From Thermoplasmatales archaeon SW_10_69_26 (GTDB taxonomy: Archaea; Thermoplasmatota; SW-10-69-26), in contig PXUB01000036.1 in NCBI GenBank assembly GCA_003009755.1, positions 1 through 64,000 of the forward strand: a DNA stretch of 64,000 bases, in the 5' to 3' direction. Of the stretch, positions 59,317 through 64,000 are shown one piece after another. The notes below the pieces were generated by a model that was not told the DNA's origin, did not search any database, and saw only the letters and a program-made list of their open reading frames with translations. Numbering within the stretch: position 1 is the stretch's first letter; the number at the start of each line of letters is the position of its first letter. Position numbers and translations under genes: made by a program.

Positions 59317-59830
59317 CGCGGTCCACCTCCTCGGTGAGGTCGATGAGCTTCTGCAGGCGGAAGGGGATCTTGAGGTAGGGCTTGGGCCGGTAGTCGTAGC
59401 CGGGCACGCTGAGGTAGAAGATGTGCTCGGGGTCCAGACGCAGGCAGGCGTCGAAGAGGGCGATCTTGGGGATCGTGCGCCCGGGCGTGATGTCCACGGC
59501 GACCTTCGCGCCGGCGGCGTGGCGGTCCTCGATCAGGCCCTGGATCGTGGCGGCGGTGTCCTCAAAGGACTCGGGGTCGTCGCTGTAGAGCTGGACGTCC
59601 GGCTCGCGGTCGAAGGCCTCCTGCAGTGCCTCGAGCCCGTCGACGAGGGCCCCGACGTCGTCGGCCTCCTCGTCGGGCGTGATGAGGTGGACCGTGTCGG
59701 GGCGGTAGCCGCGGTCGCGGGCCGCGGCCCACAGCGGGTTGATCGTGCCCCAGGGCGTCCGATAGGATTGGGTGATGTACTCCTTCGGCGGTGCTCGCCC
59801 CTCCTCCTCGGTCCCATCCACGCGGAGCAC
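59306..59830 (-). CDS. Stand-alone CARF-like (ring-nuclease-type) protein
   Basis: YIT...TPWGTIN.LWA, PDTVHLI, VAVDITPGR, HIFYL; overlaps the PIN gene by 11 bp. Confidence 0.65.
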   Translation of the reverse strand: MLRVDGTEEEGRAPPKEYITQSYRTPWGTINPLWAAARDRGYRPDTVHLITPDEEADDVGALVDGLEALQEAFDREPDVQLYSDDPESFEDTAATIQGLIEDRHAAGAKVAVDITPGRTIPKIALFDACLRLDPEHIFYLSVPGYDYRPKPYLKIPFRLQKLIDLTEEVDRDGI

Positions 59831-60268
59831 GAGGACCCTCGCCTCCTTTCAAGACGCTGGTTTCGCGGTGAGGGGCCGCTCAGGGTCCTCGGCTCTCTCT
59901 AAGCTCCCGGCTGTCGGAGCGCCGATGATGGGGCGGCTGTGGGCATGGCGGAACGTGGATCGCCGTGCGATCAGGAACCGCCCCCCGGGATCGCGGCGTT
60001 CGCGGGCCTCCCGTCGGAGGATCTGGCGCTCGTACTTGTTCAGCTGCAGCGGTTGGCTCCTCCTCGGCGGCCGGGGGATCGTCCGGTGATGTCCGCCCCG
60101 CCCAGGGCTGGCAGATGAGCGGGATCCCGGTGGATGGGAGATCGTCGGAGATCGCTTTGTTCTCGTTCCCACGACGCCCTCGAGATCCCCGGGTGGTCAT
60201 CCTCTCCATCGAACCGTTCGCCGAATCCGCCTTGCCCCTCCAGGCCTTCGGCTTCGTCGAGGGATGGG

Positions 60269-61054
60269 ATGCCGGCCACCGCGAGGACCACCACGCAGTC
60301 CGCTAAGCTGAACCAGCCGTCCACGCTCGACGACGTCGAGGTCATAGCGTTCGACGTCGACAACACGCTCGTCGACATCCTGCAAACCAAGCGCGACACC
60401 TTCGCGGCGACGCTCGAGACCCTGGCCGACCGCGGCTTGGCGATCGACCCCGAGGCCCAGGCGCGTGAGCTGTACGCGTTCGCGCTCGAGGAGGGCATCG
60501 ACGACCCCGACGTCGTGCCTCGGTTCCTCGTGGAGGAGCTGGGCGTCGACGACGAGCGCATGCTGGCGGACGGGCGACGCACGATGGAGCGGTTGGAGCC
60601 CGGCATGGTCCAGCTCTACGAGGGCGTCATCTCCACGCTCGACCAACTTCGTTCGCGTGGCTACCAGCTGTGCGCGGTGACCGACGCGCCCCGCGAGGCG
60701 GTGCGCCGCCGGTTGCCGCCCAACGGCCTGACGGGCCGCTTCGACCGCGTGATCGTCCGCGAGGACACGCCCCGCGGCAAGGCCGATACCCGCCCGTTCG
60801 AGATGCTGCTCGAGGCCGTGGACGCTCGCCCGGAGCAGCTGGTTGCGATCGGCGACCATCCGGTCCGCGATGTGAGCAACGTGGTCGCGATGGGCGGCCA
60901 CGGCGTGCTGGCCGAGCATGGGACGCGATCGAGCTACAACGACGTGGCGGCCGAGCACGAGCCGACCGCCGCGATCGACGGCGTCGAGGAGCTGTTGGCG
61001 CTGTTGCCCGGCTGCGATCAGCGATCCTCGGCGCTGGCCTCGCTGACTCGTTGA
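60269..61054 (+). CDS. HAD-superfamily hydrolase
   Basis: IAFDVDNTL, AVTDA, K, IGDHPVRD. Start approximate. Confidence 0.88.
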   Translation: MPATARTTTQSAKLNQPSTLDDVEVIAFDVDNTLVDILQTKRDTFAATLETLADRGLAIDPEAQARELYAFALEEGIDDPDVVPRFLVEELGVDDERMLADGRRTMERLEPGMVQLYEGVISTLDQLRSRGYQLCAVTDAPREAVRRRLPPNGLTGRFDRVIVREDTPRGKADTRPFEMLLEAVDARPEQLVAIGDHPVRDVSNVVAMGGHGVLAEHGTRSSYNDVAAEHEPTAAIDGVEELLALLPGCDQRSSALASLTR

Positions 61055-61292
61055 GCGGCACCCTTGTGCCCGTCCGAGAGCACTCCGGACCACGTGCCGA
61101 CGAGATCGCGATCTATGGCGGCCAGATCGGCGGCAACGAGCTCCTCGTCGACGGGCCTCGGGAGCGGTGACGGTCGAGGGATAAGCCCTGGCCCGCGCCG
61201 AACATGTTCGCCCGGCGCGAACTACTCAGCGTTGGCCCGCCAAGCCGAGACAGCGGCGGGCCGCCTCGGTGGCCCGTCGGAGGTGATCGAAC

Positions 61293-61655
61293 ATGGCTCG
61301 ACCGACGACCGCCATGAAAAGCGCCTCCTGGACGAACCTCGTGCTCGGGGCCATCGTCTTCGCGACGCCGTTCTTCACAGGCGCGACGGGCGCCGCCTTG
61401 TGGAGCGCGGTGATCGCGGGTGGCCTCATCGCGCTGCTCGCCGCGTTCGACGTCTACGAAGAGAGCGCGGACGCGGCCGAGCGCGTCCGGGGCCCCTCGA
61501 TGGTGAACGTGGTCGCGGGCGCCTGGCTCCTGGTCGGGGCTTTCGTCTTGGGTGCCAGCATGGCGTACGCGTGGGTGACAGGGCTGGCGGGTGCGATCGT
61601 CGTTGCGACCTCCTGGTACAACGCCTCGAAGGCCGGCGACCTCCGCACCGTCTAG
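61293..61655 (+). CDS. SPW-repeat membrane protein
   Basis: WTNLVLG...TPF and VNVVAGAWL..GAFVLG four-helix pattern. Confidence 0.7.
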   Translation: MARPTTAMKSASWTNLVLGAIVFATPFFTGATGAALWSAVIAGGLIALLAAFDVYEESADAAERVRGPSMVNVVAGAWLLVGAFVLGASMAYAWVTGLAGAIVVATSWYNASKAGDLRTV

Positions 61656-61745
61656 CCCAGGTCCCTCTTAGGGGATCGGTCCCCCTCCCCGGCTCTTTTT
61701 CCTCTTTGCCTCGACCAGGAGCTGATCTCGGGGACGGTAGGCGAG

Positions 61746-63161
61746 TCAGTCGACCTCGTCGACGGGGACGTCGACGGGCACCGTCGGGCCGCCGTCTTGG
61801 ACGAGGACCTCGAGCGGGTTGGCGCGGTCGGCCGCGCTGTAGCCGCCGTAGTACATGACCATGTGCGCGCTGCCGTCGGGGCCGAGCGCGGCGCCTTGCA
61901 CGTGGGCGCTGGGTGGGGGTCCCTCGTCGAGTGCGAGGCTGACGTTCTCGACGACGGGGTTGCCCTCGTCGTCGATCGAGAGGTGGGCGGCGTACCAGTC
62001 GGTGCCGTCGTCGCCCTCTTGAGCCCAGGTGAGCAGGGCGCCGGAACCGTGCATGTTGCCGTCCATGTAGATCGACGTCGTCGGGGCGCCGGGCTGGAGG
62101 ATCAGCGTCTCGAAGGTGTCGCCCTCGTCGGTGCTGGCGGCGAGCTTCAGCTGCCCGGTGCGCTCGCCGTCGGCGTTCTCCTCCGTGTTGTTGCGGATGC
62201 CGACGAACATCGTGCCCTCGTCGTCGAAGACGACCTGGCCGTAGTTGCTCGTGCCGCCGCCCGTGTTCGTGAAGTTGAACGCGGTCTTCGTGTCGATGCT
62301 GTTGACGTTGTTCGCGTTCCCGGTCGCCAGCTTGAGCTGCTCGCCGGCCTGGTAGGGGACGGCGAAGAAGTGGTCCTCGCGCATGTCGGGGATGCCGGGG
62401 ATGTAGGTCGTCTCACCGGCGCACATGTTCCACTGCGGGCCGGTGGCGGGGTTGCCGGGCTCGTCGACCTGGTCGTCGGGCGCGACGTCCATGGCGCCGA
62501 TCTGGACGGCGCCGGTGCCGGGGTTGGAGACCATCAAGAGCTTGCCGTTTTGAGCCTCGCCCCAGGGTCGGTCGTTGAGGCTGACGGCACCGCACTCACC
62601 GCTCGTCGTCGCGTCGGCGCGGTCGTAGGCGTTGGGGTTGTGGTAGGCGTGGCGCTCGCCGTCGTTCTCCCAGGCGTTGACCGGGAACGTAGCGGCGGTG
62701 ATGTCGACGCCGTAGAGCCAGCCGTCCTCGCCGGCGGTGAGGAAGATCTCGTCGCTGGGCGGCGGCGTGGCGCCGTGGATGCCGGCGGGCATCTGGGCGC
62801 TCTCGAAGAAGGGCAGCTGCTCCCAGCTGTCACCGTCGTCGTGGCTCATGAACACGGGCGCGCCGGTCGTGTCGACGAGGATCGTGTGACCGGTGACGTA
62901 GATGACGCCGTTGTCGGAGACCTCCATCGTGGGTTCGTAGAGGTCGCTCGTGTAGCCGACGGCGGCGTCGACGACCTGCGTCGTGAAGTCCAGCTCGGGC
63001 TGCTCGACCTCGGGGTCGAGCCTCACGACGTCTTGGCCGGCGACGTCCTCGGGGGCGTCAGGGGCGTTCTCGTCCAGCTCCTCGCTGTCTGTGGGAGCCG
63101 TTCCGATGCATCCCGCGGTGATGAGTGCCAGTCCGACGAGGACGGCGGTGACCCGCTGCAT
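61746..63161 (-). CDS. Secreted lipoprotein with BNR/Asp-box (sialidase-like) repeats
   Basis: Lipobox TAGC; SHDDGDSW and STDEGDTF Asp boxes; DRPW. Confidence 0.75.
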   Translation of the reverse strand: MQRVTAVLVGLALITAGCIGTAPTDSEELDENAPDAPEDVAGQDVVRLDPEVEQPELDFTTQVVDAAVGYTSDLYEPTMEVSDNGVIYVTGHTILVDTTGAPVFMSHDDGDSWEQLPFFESAQMPAGIHGATPPPSDEIFLTAGEDGWLYGVDITAATFPVNAWENDGERHAYHNPNAYDRADATTSGECGAVSLNDRPWGEAQNGKLLMVSNPGTGAVQIGAMDVAPDDQVDEPGNPATGPQWNMCAGETTYIPGIPDMREDHFFAVPYQAGEQLKLATGNANNVNSIDTKTAFNFTNTGGGTSNYGQVVFDDEGTMFVGIRNNTEENADGERTGQLKLAASTDEGDTFETLILQPGAPTTSIYMDGNMHGSGALLTWAQEGDDGTDWYAAHLSIDDEGNPVVENVSLALDEGPPPSAHVQGAALGPDGSAHMVMYYGGYSAADRANPLEVLVQDGGPTVPVDVPVDEVD

Positions 63162-63240
63162 GGAGAACCATCCCCTCGGGCCCGTTTAACCGTTCTTGTG
63201 GCCCCGTGGGTCGGTGGCGGCGCCCAGGCGCTGCGTCGAA

Positions 63241-63621
63241 CTACTCCTCGGTCGCGACGGCCTCAGCCTCGGCGTCCAGGTCGTAGCGGTCGGCCCAGTC
63301 GTGGATCTCGTCGAAGATCGTGCCCAGCTCTCGGGCCTTGGACGTGACCTCGTACTCGACCCGCGGGGGGACCTCGTCGTAGGATCGACGCTCGACGAGA
63401 CCGGCCTTCGTCAGGGACTTCAGGCGCTCGGAGAGCGTGCGCGGGGAGAGGTCGAGCACGTCCTGGATCTCGTTGAACCGCATCGGTTCCTCGGCCTCGG
63501 TGGCCAGGAGGTGGAACAGGTCGAGCATGTGGGCGCGGCTCAGCAGGTCGAAGACCTCGCTGACCTGGCAGCCCTCGGACTCGTAGCGCATCCAGTCGCT
63601 GGCAGGGCCGTCGTCGCTCAC
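63241..63621 (-). CDS. HxlR-family transcriptional regulator
   Basis: N-terminal Cys (CQV), RFNEI, SPRTLSERLKSL, EVPPRVEY. Confidence 0.9.
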   Translation of the reverse strand: MSDDGPASDWMRYESEGCQVSEVFDLLSRAHMLDLFHLLATEAEEPMRFNEIQDVLDLSPRTLSERLKSLTKAGLVERRSYDEVPPRVEYEVTSKARELGTIFDEIHDWADRYDLDAEAEAVATEE

Positions 63622-63722
63622 ACGTCTAAGTACCTTTCTGGAACCATAAGGCTTCCGCCCCGGAAGGATAGCCTTACTACCAGCTCCACAACCCACTTTC
63701 ACACTTCTAACTGAATAGTTTA

Positions 63723-63748
63723 ACACTATAGAGAATGTACTGTAGTGT
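63723..63748. promoter_or_regulatory. Palindromic operator candidate in the AT-rich HxlR/DoxX spacer
   Basis: ACACTATAG-N8-CTGTAGTGT (one mismatch) immediately before the ATG at 63750. Confidence 0.5.
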
Positions 63749-63749
63749 G

Positions 63750-64000
63750 ATGACGGAACACAACCATCCCCGTCGGACGAGGATCGAGCAAGGCGCGAGG
63801 ACCGTGGTGGCCGGGCTGCTGGCCCTGGCCTTCGCGTTCTTCGGGCTGAGCAAGGTGACCGCCGACCCGACCCAGGTCGCGATGTTCCAGGGCTGGGGTT
63901 ACCCCCTGTGGTTCATGTACCTGGTCGGCGCCGCCGAGATCGGGGCCGCCGCCCTGCTCGCGGTGCCGAGCTCTCGGTTCTACGGCGCAGCGGCTGTCGT
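63750..64000 (+). CDS. DoxX-family membrane protein (partial; runs off the window)
   Basis: MTEH...LALAFAFFGLSKV...MFQGWGYPLWFMYLVGAAE. Confidence 0.85.
   Translation, partial: MTEHNHPRRTRIEQGARTVVAGLLALAFAFFGLSKVTADPTQVAMFQGWGYPLWFMYLVGAAEIGAAALLAVPSSRFYGAAAV

Noticed and set aside
59850-60290. Short minus-strand ORFs between the CARF-like and HAD genes
   Set aside because: Fragmentary, with no recognisable motif; cannot be supported as genes.
57790-61700. Direct repeat of the tRNA-Ala 3' end marking an island boundary
   Set aside because: No convincing second copy was found by eye, so the island limits are undefined.

Overview
GC-rich archaeal chromosomal segment with a strongly acidic proteome. 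arcS, raSEA, trm11, nreA and an archaeal tRNA-Ala(CGC) mark it as archaeal; a halophilic Thermoplasmatota-like lineage is only an inference. Housekeeping and metabolic genes are interleaved with secreted proteins and several decayed accessory regions. Main non-obvious signals: (1) a dispersed mobile-element family with 35-bp two-box terminal inverted repeats (CTAGACTGCCGG...CTCGC) at 1-412, 10813-12159, about 13036-13084 and 48076-48225. It has a conserved, highly structured non-coding interior, a neighbouring probable tyrosine-recombinase remnant, and always lies sense to the host ORF, at TAG stops or inside a gene. (2) One copy, with a nested IS6, splits a Cys-rich secreted protein gene that faces an ABC exporter cluster. 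(3) A GxxExxY gene is bracketed by inverted arrays of an 8-bp CACAGAGN unit, with gene-less derivatives elsewhere. (4) A structured insert of about 200 nt sits between arcS and raSEA, flanked by a synonymously recoded duplication of the gene junction. (5) A CARF-like plus PIN gene pair, with no CRISPR-Cas in the window, lies next to tRNA-Ala and an integrase remnant. All calls come from reading the sequence by eye; no searches were run.
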